Origin: Macrostomum lignano
Lineage: Eukaryota
DNA: 64,000 nucleotides
Assembly (NCBI GenBank): GCA_002269645.1
Contig: NIVC01001975.1
Coordinates: 62,001 to 126,000, forward strand
Direction of reading: 5' to 3'
This document shows positions 1 to 10,277 of the stretch, one piece after another. The translations under genes were made by a program, and so were the position numbers. A model generated the notes under the pieces. It was not told the origin of the DNA, did not search any database, and was given only the letters and a program-made list of their open reading frames with translations. Numbering within the stretch: the stretch's first letter is position 1; the number at the start of each line of letters is the position of its first letter.

Positions 1-1048
1 GGTGGCGACGCGCCTGTGAACCATTAAAATACGGGCCTGTGCTGGCACAGACAGCCCCCCAGCCTGGTACGAAATAATCGCGGCCCATTTGACAGGTGAG
101 GTCACCCTGCCTAGCTGAGCGCACAGGACACGCAGGGACAGATAGATAAGAATTACCTTAGCTGTTCTTTGAGCTGGCCTCGATCGATCGCTATGGCGTC
201 TGTTGCGGTGGTACCACTGTTTCTTTATCGGGGTTGAAATTCAACTTTAGAGACGGCAATTCTGTGCTCCAGATCGTTTTTAAACGTTCACTCCAAGCAA
301 TTAAAAGTGTAATAAAAATCTACAAGAACTTCGTAGACATAGACGTGACTTTGATCACTAAGACTTTCACTTCACCTGGTAAGTTTCTTTCCATTGAATG
401 TTTTGTTAACCAGCAACAACCCAAAAGTAATGGTTTCATGAAATATGCTTTCAGCTATACGCCCTGAAATCAAATCACAGTGCCTTCTCTGGAAGGATTT
501 TTTTGCAGAATGTATTGCATCAAGTGGAGCATAAAATAAACATATCTACGAGTCAGACTAGTTAAACAGGCGAGGTTCTACCACAGAAAATCTTGGAACG
601 AGGCGAATCCTTACAGAAAACAATACATTAAAAAGACAGGAATAATGGTGCAATTTTGCTTCAATCTTGCGCGGCTGCCAGCCTCCAGTGGAGATTTTTA
701 GTTGATAAAAATAAACTGATGAAGCCACCTCAGACCCGCAAACGCAAGCAAGCTACATATAGACGTCGTAACAGCAGAAAGAGAGAAATCGAAATCGTCC
801 ATTAAGTGTTTAAAAATTTCGATTTTCGATAGACTATAGATTATAGAAATATAGCGGTAGAAAGCAATTGCCATCTCGCTTGATACATCGGTACTTTCTA
901 ATGATCATTGCCTGAAATGACCAAAAGCATTCTCTTCTCTCCCTCATCTCTTCTTTCGCGTCGCAATCATGAATCCTGCACTTCCCAGTTTATTCTAAAT
1001 AAGTTGCAATCCCATGCATCGCCACCTTCACGCAATTGCAGCTGAACA

Positions 1049-2344
1049 ATGTCAGTCGTACTGTACATCGGCTCAGGAGCTGTCGTTGCCATTGCAACAC
1101 TGATACTGGCGCTCCGCCGTCACAGCGCTGGCAAGTACCTCAGCGTGTACAGCCAGCCTGGCCCGTTCTACCCCATCAAGTTCGCCGCTTTCTACGTCCT
1201 ACTGCGGCTGCGGAAGCTTCGCGGCGACAGCGGCGGCGACGGTGGCGACGCTGGTGGTGGACACGGAGGCGGCAGCGGCTACGGCAGAAAAAGCCACGCT
1301 AGCGAGGCAGACATGGAGCGAGTCCAGCCACTGAGCGCGCATCCGCAGGCCATCGACGCCGCCTATTTCAACGGCTACAGCCGCGACGGCTGGTACTTCG
1401 GCGCCGGCATCCAGCGGCGGCATCATCTCAAGGCCGAATGCATCATGGTGATCCGGCCACCCGAGACTATTCTGGACGGCGACGTACTGGAGTGGCCTTG
1501 GGGTCCCGCCACCGACGTTGACGCGGTGGACGACAGCAGCTGGAACGCTGGCGGGCTCACCTACCAGACTGTTACACCAATGAAAGAGTGGCGCGTCACG
1601 TTCAACGGAGAGCTGCGCCAGCGCCGCGGTCGCCAGGTGCGGCAGGTCAGCTTCGACCTCACCTGGCGGGCGGAGACGCCCTGCTTCGACTTCGACACCG
1701 ATATGGACGCCGGCCCGACCTGCGAGGCCATCGCGCGGGAGCCATGGAGCGGCGACTTCTTCCAGCGGCTGCGGGAGGCGCACCAGACGCACTATGAGCA
1801 GTTCGGCCGGCTCACCGGCGAGATCAAAGTGCAAGACGTCGGTCAGTGGCAGCTGAACTTGGACAGCATGCGCGACAGAAGCTACGGGCTGTACAGAAAA
1901 TGGAACGACTTTCATCGATACATCTTGCAATACTTCGTACTGGAAGACTCGACTTGCATCGCCTTCCACCTTGTCTGCCTGCCAGTGCTGATGACCCACC
2001 TCATCACCGGCTTCGTCATCACTCCTGACAAGAAGAAGCTGGCCGCGACCGCCAGCTCCCGGTCGCTCTGGCAAATTGGCGAGACCGAGCCACCGCCCAA
2101 GACTTATCAAGTGGATCTCACAGTTCAAGGAAATCAACGCTACGAACTCGAGGTGACCTCTGTTGACGCACCATCCTATTACTGCGGCTGGAACTGGGAG
2201 GCCAGACTCTATTGTGTGCTGGCCAAGATTCGCTGCAAGCTACCAGACGGTCGAATCGTCAACGGCCGAGGCATGTGCGAGTTTGAGTACCGGCATAGTG
2301 GTGGCAGAACGGATGGCCGGGTCCCCGTGCCGTCAAACTGTTAG
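1049..2344 (+). CDS. Intronless 431-aa protein with an N-terminal hydrophobic anchor and a predicted beta-rich (AttH/CrtC lipocalin-like) body; resembles the N-terminal part of metazoan 'putative phosphoenolpyruvate synthase'-annotated proteins
   Basis: Long GC-rich ORF in AT-rich flanks. N-terminal TM-like segment VVLYIGSGAVVAIATLILAL. Motifs YSQPGPFY, DAAYFNG, W.VTFNG, FDFDTD, HYEQFG, MRDRSYG.RKW. Acceptor-like TTGCAG at 1036-1041; AATAAA at 2489-2494. Family assignment is from recalled motifs only. Confidence 0.8.
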   Translation: MSVVLYIGSGAVVAIATLILALRRHSAGKYLSVYSQPGPFYPIKFAAFYVLLRLRKLRGDSGGDGGDAGGGHGGGSGYGRKSHASEADMERVQPLSAHPQAIDAAYFNGYSRDGWYFGAGIQRRHHLKAECIMVIRPPETILDGDVLEWPWGPATDVDAVDDSSWNAGGLTYQTVTPMKEWRVTFNGELRQRRGRQVRQVSFDLTWRAETPCFDFDTDMDAGPTCEAIAREPWSGDFFQRLREAHQTHYEQFGRLTGEIKVQDVGQWQLNLDSMRDRSYGLYRKWNDFHRYILQYFVLEDSTCIAFHLVCLPVLMTHLITGFVITPDKKKLAATASSRSLWQIGETEPPPKTYQVDLTVQGNQRYELEVTSVDAPSYYCGWNWEARLYCVLAKIRCKLPDGRIVNGRGMCEFEYRHSGGRTDGRVPVPSNC

Positions 2345-2956
2345 CCAAATAATATTTCTTATCTGACAAAATCTAAAAAATCAAATTTGATTTTATATTT
2401 AGTTTTATTTGCTAATTTGATGTGATTTATTGGTTAAACATAAAAGTCGCTTAAAGTGGATTGATAATTAATAGATCAAGTTCCTTGTAATAAATAAGAA
2501 CGCAACCATCAACATACGTTTTAGTCTTTTTGACAGGGATAATTGATAACCCTGACTAAAACTGTAGGAAAGAAAAGCTACTTCATTTGTTACAGCAAAG
2601 TTTTTGTGACGATTTTTGAAAGCTAGTTGAAGCTGGATAATGTTTAGGACAAATTATAATTTATAAAAGTCAATGTACATTGCTTAAAGTGTAAAAGTAT
2701 AAGGACGACATGCCTCTCTGAAAGTGCACATTGCAGTTTAGCAGACTCACAAAAGTGTTTCAATGCATATGTCCATCTCGTTCTGTTTAGCCAGGAAATA
2801 GACTGTAGTACTTTATAAATGTGTAGAGAAACTAAGGAAAGTTTTAGAGTTGAAATTCAAAGTTTCTCGTAAATTGCGATTTTATTTAGCTTGTGAGTTA
2901 ATAACGATGAAAAGGATTGGGGCACATATTACTGCGAGAAAGAACTGTAAATGAAA

Positions 2957-3830
2957 TCCTCTCTCCTAATACTAAAACCGACGCGATGTTTGTCTGTCTG
3001 TATGTCTGTCTGTCTGTATGTAGCAAGTGAACTCCTACAATTCTGCCAAGTCAACGTCGAAACTTATATGGGAAAACTGCAAATTTTCCGGAGCAGGCTT
3101 TAGGCTATTTTAATTTTTAATTTTCACATTTTAACATCCCTAAAAAAGCAGAAAACTGCTTTTTTAACCCCCAATAACCTTCTTTGGTCACTCTGCCTGG
3201 GGCTTCAGCCAGTTTGTAAAAATAGCCACCCCAACCTCCGCCCGCGGGCCGCTGTGTATTGAGGGGTGGTGGGTGCGCGTGTTCTGCGTTCAATGCAAAT
3301 AAAACCCCCCGCGTGTTGGGGGTTAAGTTCAATTTAATGATTCCCCCAGACTGGGGGTTGGGCTTGGGCTGAGTGTACATAGCAGTTGTACAGTGTAAAT
3401 AGATAGACTGTGTCGAGATTCATTTGGTTTTATTATTGGCAGCCATGTGTATTAGTTTGGCAGTGAAATTCAATGAATAAACTTGCGAGCTTCTCTAGCA
3501 AGCAGTCGGGAAATCGGTAAATTTCAAACGCTAACTGTTCCTCGAGTTTTAAACTTTGAGAGGAGAGACTTATATTGCTGGAAAGATCTTGCAACGCTGA
3601 GTTTGGGGATATAAGTTGTTTGCTTTATATATGAAAAGAAAAAGCACAGCATTTGAAAAACTATTTTCATACTTTTAACTTTCTGCAAAGATTGTACTTA
3701 GTTTTGCGAGACGTAATAGATAAAGTTGGGGGAGGGTTAAACTTCTCACTGCTGCTGTGTATTGGAGGGTTGATTTAGATTGCGCAACTGTTTATTTAAC
3801 TTTAAATAAGACTGATACTGTCTGACTGAG
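2957..3830 (+). mobile_element. Older, diverged non-autonomous Helitron-type element (5' part)
   Basis: Starts A^TCCTCTCTCCTAATACTAAAA, followed by a (GTCT)n microsatellite like the younger copies. The block GATTTAGATTGCGCAAC...ACTGATACTGTCTGACTGAGAAA (3774-3833) matches 5175-5224 of the younger element. No hairpin+CTAG 3' end was found. Confidence 0.5.
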
Positions 3831-3954
3831 AAATGGTTTGCGCAATTAATTGATTCAATTAATTCAACACGCAGCTCTGTGCAGCTCGAACCCTAACCCT
3901 AACCAATGAATTCTGAAAGTTAAGTTCTTTTTGACAGAGAAAATTTCGATTGAG

Positions 3955-4160
3955 TCCAGTTTCACGGAGTATTCTGATGGTTTTCGGTTTCACGGAGAGG
4001 ATTTATTTTTCGTGGAGAGAATTTAGATGTATTTCTGTTTTACGGAGACGATTTTGATGGATGTCAGTTTCACTCAGAGGATTTCCATGGAGCCCAGTTT
4101 CACGGAGAGGATTTCTGTTTCGCGGAGAGGATTTCTGTTTCACGGAGGGATTTTGATGGA
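3955..4160. repeat. Degenerate ~19-21 bp tandem repeat (TTTCACGGAGAGGATTT core)
   Basis: Repeated TTTCACGGAGAGGA units are visible directly. Confidence 0.75.
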
Positions 4161-4184
4161 TTTGGTATCTTCAGTCAGTCAGTA

Positions 4185-4616
4185 AAGAGAGTAAAGAGAA
4201 GAGTGAAAAGAGAAGAGAGAAGAGATTATAGAAAAGAGAGTAGAGATGAGAGAGGACAGATTAGACATGACAGATGGGAGAGAAGAGGGGAGTAAGGCGG
4301 GAACGAAGAGGGAGAGAGAAGAAAAGAGGAGAGAGGAGATGAGAGGGAATATATGAGATAGCAGAGGGAGACAGGAGAGATGAGAGGAGAGAGAAGAGAG
4401 GAGCTGAGAGTAGAGGAGAAAGAAATAGTGAGATGAGGCATGAGGGATGAGAGATGAGAGAGGAGAGAAGAGAGGAGAGAGGAGAGAGGAGAAAACAGGG
4501 GATAAAGGAGACAGAAGAGAAAGACGAAAGACGAGGGAGAAGAGATAAATAAGGTGGTAGAGATGAGAGACGTGAGAGGAGAGAAAAGAGAAGAGACGAG
4601 ACAGAAGAATCTGAGT
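4185..4616. repeat. GA-rich low-complexity purine tract
   Basis: Almost only G and A on the + strand; source of the spurious Ser/Leu ORFs 4226-4716. Confidence 0.9.
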
Positions 4617-4833
4617 CTGGACAATGGCAGTCAGTTTTTGCGAACAGGGAAAACAAGATATGGTATTTGAAAGGCTTTACAGAGGATTTGGAGATGATTT
4701 GGAAGATGGGATTCAAGTCATGGAATTTCAGCTGATGGATTTCAGGGAATGGAATTCCGGTGATGGGAGTTCTTCCCCTTTCTCCTCCAGAGGAGGAGTT
4801 GGCCTCGTATATACTAAAAATGGTCTGTCTGTG

Positions 4834-4870
<37 letters not shown>

Positions 4871-5457
4871 GTGATCGATTAGAGAAAAAATGGCTGGACC
4901 GATTTTGTTCAAACTTGCACTGTTCGATCAGAAATTTTCCCGTGACTGTACATGCATCGCGGCTAAGAAATTGCTCGATGCTAAAGGCATTAAATATTCG
5001 AAAAACATGCTTTTTTGCAAAGGTCAAGCAAACTTTTCGACTTGAAATGCATTGTAAGAATGCTAGAGAAAAAACTGACTGGTTGAATTCTGGTTCTGAA
5101 ATAGATTGCATCATCACTGAATTGTAACTCCGACTTGAATTGAAAATGCAGTGTGGAAGCGTAGCACCAGACTTGATTTAAATTGCGTAACCATATTGTT
5201 AACTGATACTGACTGACTGAGAAACTGATTATGTCATAACTGCTTCGTGTGATTTACTCTATGCTTGGATTTTAAACTGTTGAATTATATATATATATAT
5301 AAGTGCAAAATTTGATGTTATCAAAAAGATGAGAACTAGCCTAGAGGTGAACAGACTGAACTGCTAAATGCAGCGACGATGGTTCGAATTTTCATACAGT
5401 ATAATTTTTTTAATTAAAGCTTTTCAACGTCAGGAAAACTAAAAGACTTTTTAAAAA

Positions 5458-6225
5458 GAAGCGTCATGTAAAAATCATAGTAGCGTCATGTAAAAAATCG
5501 TAGAAGCGTCATATAAAAAATTATAGAAGCGTCATATAAAAATCATAGATGCGTCATTTAAAAAATCATAGAAGCATCATATAAAAATCATAGATGCGTC
5601 ATTTAAAAAACCATAGAAGCATCATGTAAACAATCATAGAAGCGTCATTTAAAAAATCATAGAAGCATCATATAAAAATCATAGATGCGTCATTTAAAAA
5701 ATCATAGAAGCATCATGTAAACAATCATAGAAGCGTCATTTAAAAAAATCATAGAAGCGTCATATAAAAATCATAGATGCGTCATTTAAAAAATCATGGA
5801 AGCGTCATGTAAACAATCATAGAAGCGTCATGTGAAAATCATAGAAGCGTCACGTAAAGAATCATAGAACCGTCATGTAAACAATCATAGAAGCGTCATG
5901 TAAACAATCATAGAAGCGTCATGTAAAAAATCATAGAAGCGTCATGTAAACAATTATAGAAGCGTCATGTAAAAAAATCATAGAAGCGTCATGTAAACAA
6001 TCATAGAAGCGTCATGTAAACAATCATAGAAGCGTCATGTAAACAATCATAGAAGCGTCATGTAAAAAATCGTAGAAGCGTCATTTAAAAAATCATAGAA
6101 GCGTCATGCAAAAAATCATAGATGCGTCATTTAAAAAATCATGGAAGCGTCATGTAAACAATCATAGAAGCGTCATGTAAAAAATCGTAGAAGCGTCATT
6201 TAAAAATCATAGAAAATCATAAAAA
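5458..6225. repeat. 22-24 bp minisatellite (ATCATAGAAGCGTCATGTAAACA) inside the Helitron; present in all six copies with variable length
   Basis: Direct tandem units. Other blocks at about 7997-9085, 10865-11585, 11705-12475, 14252-17395, 20245-21860 and 23632-25880. Confidence 0.95.
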
Positions 6226-7060
6226 TCAAAAATTAAATGCAGCTATAATGCTGTGCTGGGGAGAAAAACTGAGACGTAAAGGCTCTCAGAGAATAACTGC
6301 TGAGATTACGGGGGGGGGTTTCTGAGATGTCAAAGCAAAAGTCAGAAGCTACTTCAAAGTTCATGTACTTTACTCAATTTTTTTATTGCATTCTTTGTTG
6401 GCTCGCCACGGGAGGCGCTTATAGAAGAAGAGTCATGTAAAAAATAAAAGTAGCACTACGAGCGTATGTACGAGCTATACATAAAAGAAAAGTCATGTTC
6501 AAGTTAAAAGATTCATTTGGGAATTGCTACGATGTCAAAGCTTGGTGGAAATCGTTATAGTGCTGTGATTCTTAAAGAAGGAATCACTAAAATGTCAAGG
6601 CTTAGGGGAGAAGAATTGCTGAGATTTCAAGGCTTTAGGTTGGGTTAAAGTTAGGTTTAGGTCAGGTGTGGGTTGAGGGTTATATTTTATCGGGTTTCAA
6701 GGTTAACAGAATAACAGGGGATTTTTTAGATTTCAAGGTTTATGGAGGCCATCGCTGACATGTTAAGGCTTACGGGGGGAATAGCTGAGATGTCAAGGCT
6801 CACGGGGTATAAATGAGATTTCAAGGCTAAAGTCAGAAGCTACATGTAGTTTATTGAAAACTTTTTATTACATTATTTGATGCCTCCTCAGGGGAGGGAT
6901 CGCTGATAAAAAAAGCGTAATGTAAAAAATAAAAGAAGCTTCATGTCGAAGTTAAGAGATTCATTTGGGAATCCCTACGATGTCGAGGCTTGCAGGAAAT
7001 CGCTATAATGCTGTAGTAGTGCTATAGTGACTCTTAGAGAGAATTACTGAAATTTCAATG

Positions 7061-7122
7061 TTAGGTTAGGGTTAGGGTTAGGGTTAGGGCTAGGGTTAGG
7101 GTTAGGGTTAGGCTAGGGTTAG
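7061..7122 (+). repeat. Interstitial telomere-type (TTAGGG)~10 tract inside the Helitron
   Basis: TTAGG(TTAGGG)4CTAGGG(TTAGGG)2TTAGGCTAGGGTTAG. Repeated at about 9921-9982, 13310-13371, 18223-18283, 22693-22754 and 26716-26777. Confidence 0.9.
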
Positions 7123-7346
7123 AAGGTTGACAGATATTTTTAGATTTCCAAGGCTTATTGGGGGCATTGCTGAGATGTCAAGGGGGGAAGTTGATATGTT
7201 AAAGCTTGTGGGGGGGGAATTACTGACATGTCAAGGCTTACAAGGTTTGACAGGAGATTTTTTAAGATTTCAAGGATACATGTAGCTTATTAAAAAAACG
7301 TGTATTGCATTTATTTGGCTCCCCAACGGGGGGCGTAGATTGCTAG

Positions 7347-10207
7347 TCCTATATACTAAAAATGGTCTGTCTGTGTCTATTTATCTATCTATCTATCTAT
7401 CTATCTATGTGATCGATTAGAGAAAAAATGGCTGGACCGATTTTGTTCAAACTTGCACTGTTCGATCAGAAATTTTCCCGTGACTGTACATGCATCGCGG
7501 CTAAGAAATTGCTCGATGCTAAAGGCATTAAATATTCGAAAAACATGCTTTTTTGCAAAGGTCAAGCAAACTTTTCGACTTGAAATGCATTGTAAGAATG
7601 CTAGAGAAAAAACTGACTGGTTGAATTCTGGTTCTGAAATAGATTGCATCATCACTGAATTGTAACTCCGACTTGAATTGAAAATGCAGTGTGGAAGCGT
7701 AGCACCAGACTTGATTTAAATTGCGTAACCATATTGTTAACTGATACTGACTGACTGAGAAACTGATTATGTCATAACTGCTTCGTGTGATTTACTCTAT
7801 GCTTGGATTTTAAACTGTTGAATTATATATATATATATAAGTGCAAAATTTGATGTTATCAAAAAGATGAGAACTAGCCTAGAGGTGAACAGACTGAACT
7901 GCTAAATGCAGCGACGATGGTTCGAATTTTCATAGAGTATAATTTTTTTAATTAAAGCTTTTCAACGTCAGGAAAACTAAAAGACTTTTTAAAAAGAAGC
8001 GTCATGTAAAAATCATAGTAGCGTCATGTAAAAAATCGTAGAAGCGTCATATAAAAAATTATAGAAGCGTCATATAAAAATCATAGATGCGTCATTTAAA
8101 AAATCATAGAAGCATCATGTAAACAATCATAGAAGCGTCATTTACAAAATCATTGAAGCATCATATAAAAATCATAGATGCGTCATTTAAAAAATCATAG
8201 AAGCATCATGTAAACAATCATAGAAGCGTCATTTAAAAAATCATAGAAGCGTCATATAAAAATCATAGATGCGTCATTTAAAAAATCATGGAAGCGTCAT
8301 GTAAACAATCATAGAAGCGTCATGTGAAAATCATAGAAGCGTCACGTAAAGAATCATAGAACCGTCATGTAAACAATCATAGAAGCGTCATGTAAACAAT
8401 CATAGAAGCGTCATGTAAACAATCGTAGAAGCGTCATGTAAAAAATCATAGAAGCGTCATGTAAACAATTATAGAAGCGTCATGTAAAAAAATCATAGAA
8501 GCGTCATGTAAACAATCATAGAAGCGTCATGTAAACAATCATAGAAGCGTCATGTAAACAATCATAGAAGCGTAATGTAAAAAATCGTAGAAGCGTCATT
8601 TAAAAAATCATAGAAGCGTCATGCAAAAATCATAGATGCGTCATTTAAAAAATCATGGAAGCGTCATGTAAACAATCATAGAAGCGTCATGTAAAAAATC
8701 ATAGAAGCGTCATATAAAAATCATAGATGCATCATTTAAAAAAATCATAGAAGCGTCATATAAAAAATCATAAAAGCGTCACGTAAAGAATCATAGAAGC
8801 GTCATGTAAACAATCATAGAAGCGTCATGTAAACAATCATAGAAGCGTCATGTAAACAATCATAGAAGCGTCATGTAAACAATCATAGAAGCGTCATGTA
8901 AACAATCATAGAAGCGTCATGTAAAAAATCGTAGAAGCGTCATTTAAAAAATCATAGAAGCGTCATGTAAACAATCATAGAAGCGTCATGTAAAAAATCA
9001 TAGAAGCGTCATGTAAAAAATCATAGAAGCGTCATGTAAAAATCGTAGAAGCGTCATTTAAAAATCATAGAAAATCATAAAAATCAAAAATTAAATGCAG
9101 CTATAATGCTGTGCTGGGGAGAAAAACTGTGACGTAAAGGCTCTCAGAGAATAACTGCTGAGATTACGGGGGGGGGGGTTTCTGAGATGTCAAAGCAAAA
9201 GTCAGAAGCTACTTCAAAGTTCATGTACTTTACTCAATTTTTTTATTGCATTCTTTGTTGGCTCGCCACGGGAGGCGCTTATAGAAGAAGAGTCATGTAA
9301 AAAATAAAAGTAGCACTACGAGCGTATGTACGAGCTATACATAAAAGAAAAGTCATGTTCAAGTTAAAAGATTCATTTGGGAATTGCTACGATGTCAAAG
9401 CTTGGTGGAAATCGTTATAGTGCTGTGATTCTTAAAGAAGGAATCACTAAAATGTCAAGGCTTAGGGGAGAAGAATTGCTGAGATTTCAAGGCTTTAGGT
9501 TGGGTTAAAGTTAGGTTTAGGTCAGGTGTGGGTTGAGGGTTATATTTTATCGGGTTTCAAGGTTAACAGAATAACAGGGGATTTTTTAGATTTCAAGGTT
9601 TATGGAGGCCATCGCTGACATGTTAAGGCTTACGGGGGGAATAGCTGAGATGTCAAGGCTCACGGGGTATAAATGAGATTTCAAGGCTAAAGTCAGAAGC
9701 TACATGTAGTTTATTGAAAACTTTTTATTACATTATTTGATGCCTCCTCAGGGGAGGGATCGCTGATAAAAAAAGCGTAATGTAAAAAATAAAAGAAGCT
9801 TCATGTCGAAGTTAAGAGATTCATTTGGGAATCCCTACGATGTCGAGGCTTGCAGGAAATCGCTATAATGCTGTAGTAGTGCTATAGTGACTCTTAGAGA
9901 GAATTACTGAAATTTCAATGTTAGGTTAGGGTTAGGGTTAGGGTTAGGGCTAGGGTTAGGGTTAGGGTTAGGCTAGGGTTAGAAGGTTGACAGATATTTT
10001 TAGATTTCCAAGGCTTATTGGGGGCATTGCTGAGATGTCAAGGGGGGAAGTTGATATGTTAAAGCTTGTGGGGGGGGGAATTACTGACATGTCAAGGCTT
10101 ACAAGGTTTGACAGGAGATTTTTTAAGATTTCAAGGATACATGTAGCTTATTAAAAAAACGTGTATTGCATTTATTTGGCTCCCCAACGGGGGGCGTAGA
10201 TTGCTAG
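7347..10207 (+). mobile_element. Helitron-type element, copy 2 (2861 bp)
   Basis: Begins TCCTATATACT immediately after the CTAG of copy 1; ends hairpin + CTAG. Confidence 0.8.
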
Positions 10208-10236
10208 TCCTATATACTAAAAATGGTCTGTCTGTG

Positions 10237-10277
<41 letters not shown>

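Larger units (their letters stand above)
4805..7346 (+). mobile_element. Non-autonomous Helitron-type element, copy 1 (2542 bp)
   Basis: 5' TCGTATATACTAAAAATGGTCTGTCTG, then (TATC)n and a GCTGGACCGATTTTG core reminiscent of DINE-1/Lep1-type elements. 3' hairpin GCTCCCC-AAC-GGGGGGC, 8-nt spacer, CTAG. No Rep/helicase ORF. Confidence 0.8.

Noticed and set aside
1036-2366. Overlapping alternative-frame and antisense ORFs (e.g. 1199-2137 minus)
   Set aside because: Shadow ORFs of a GC-rich CDS. The same applies to 54884-56019 and 57951-60992.
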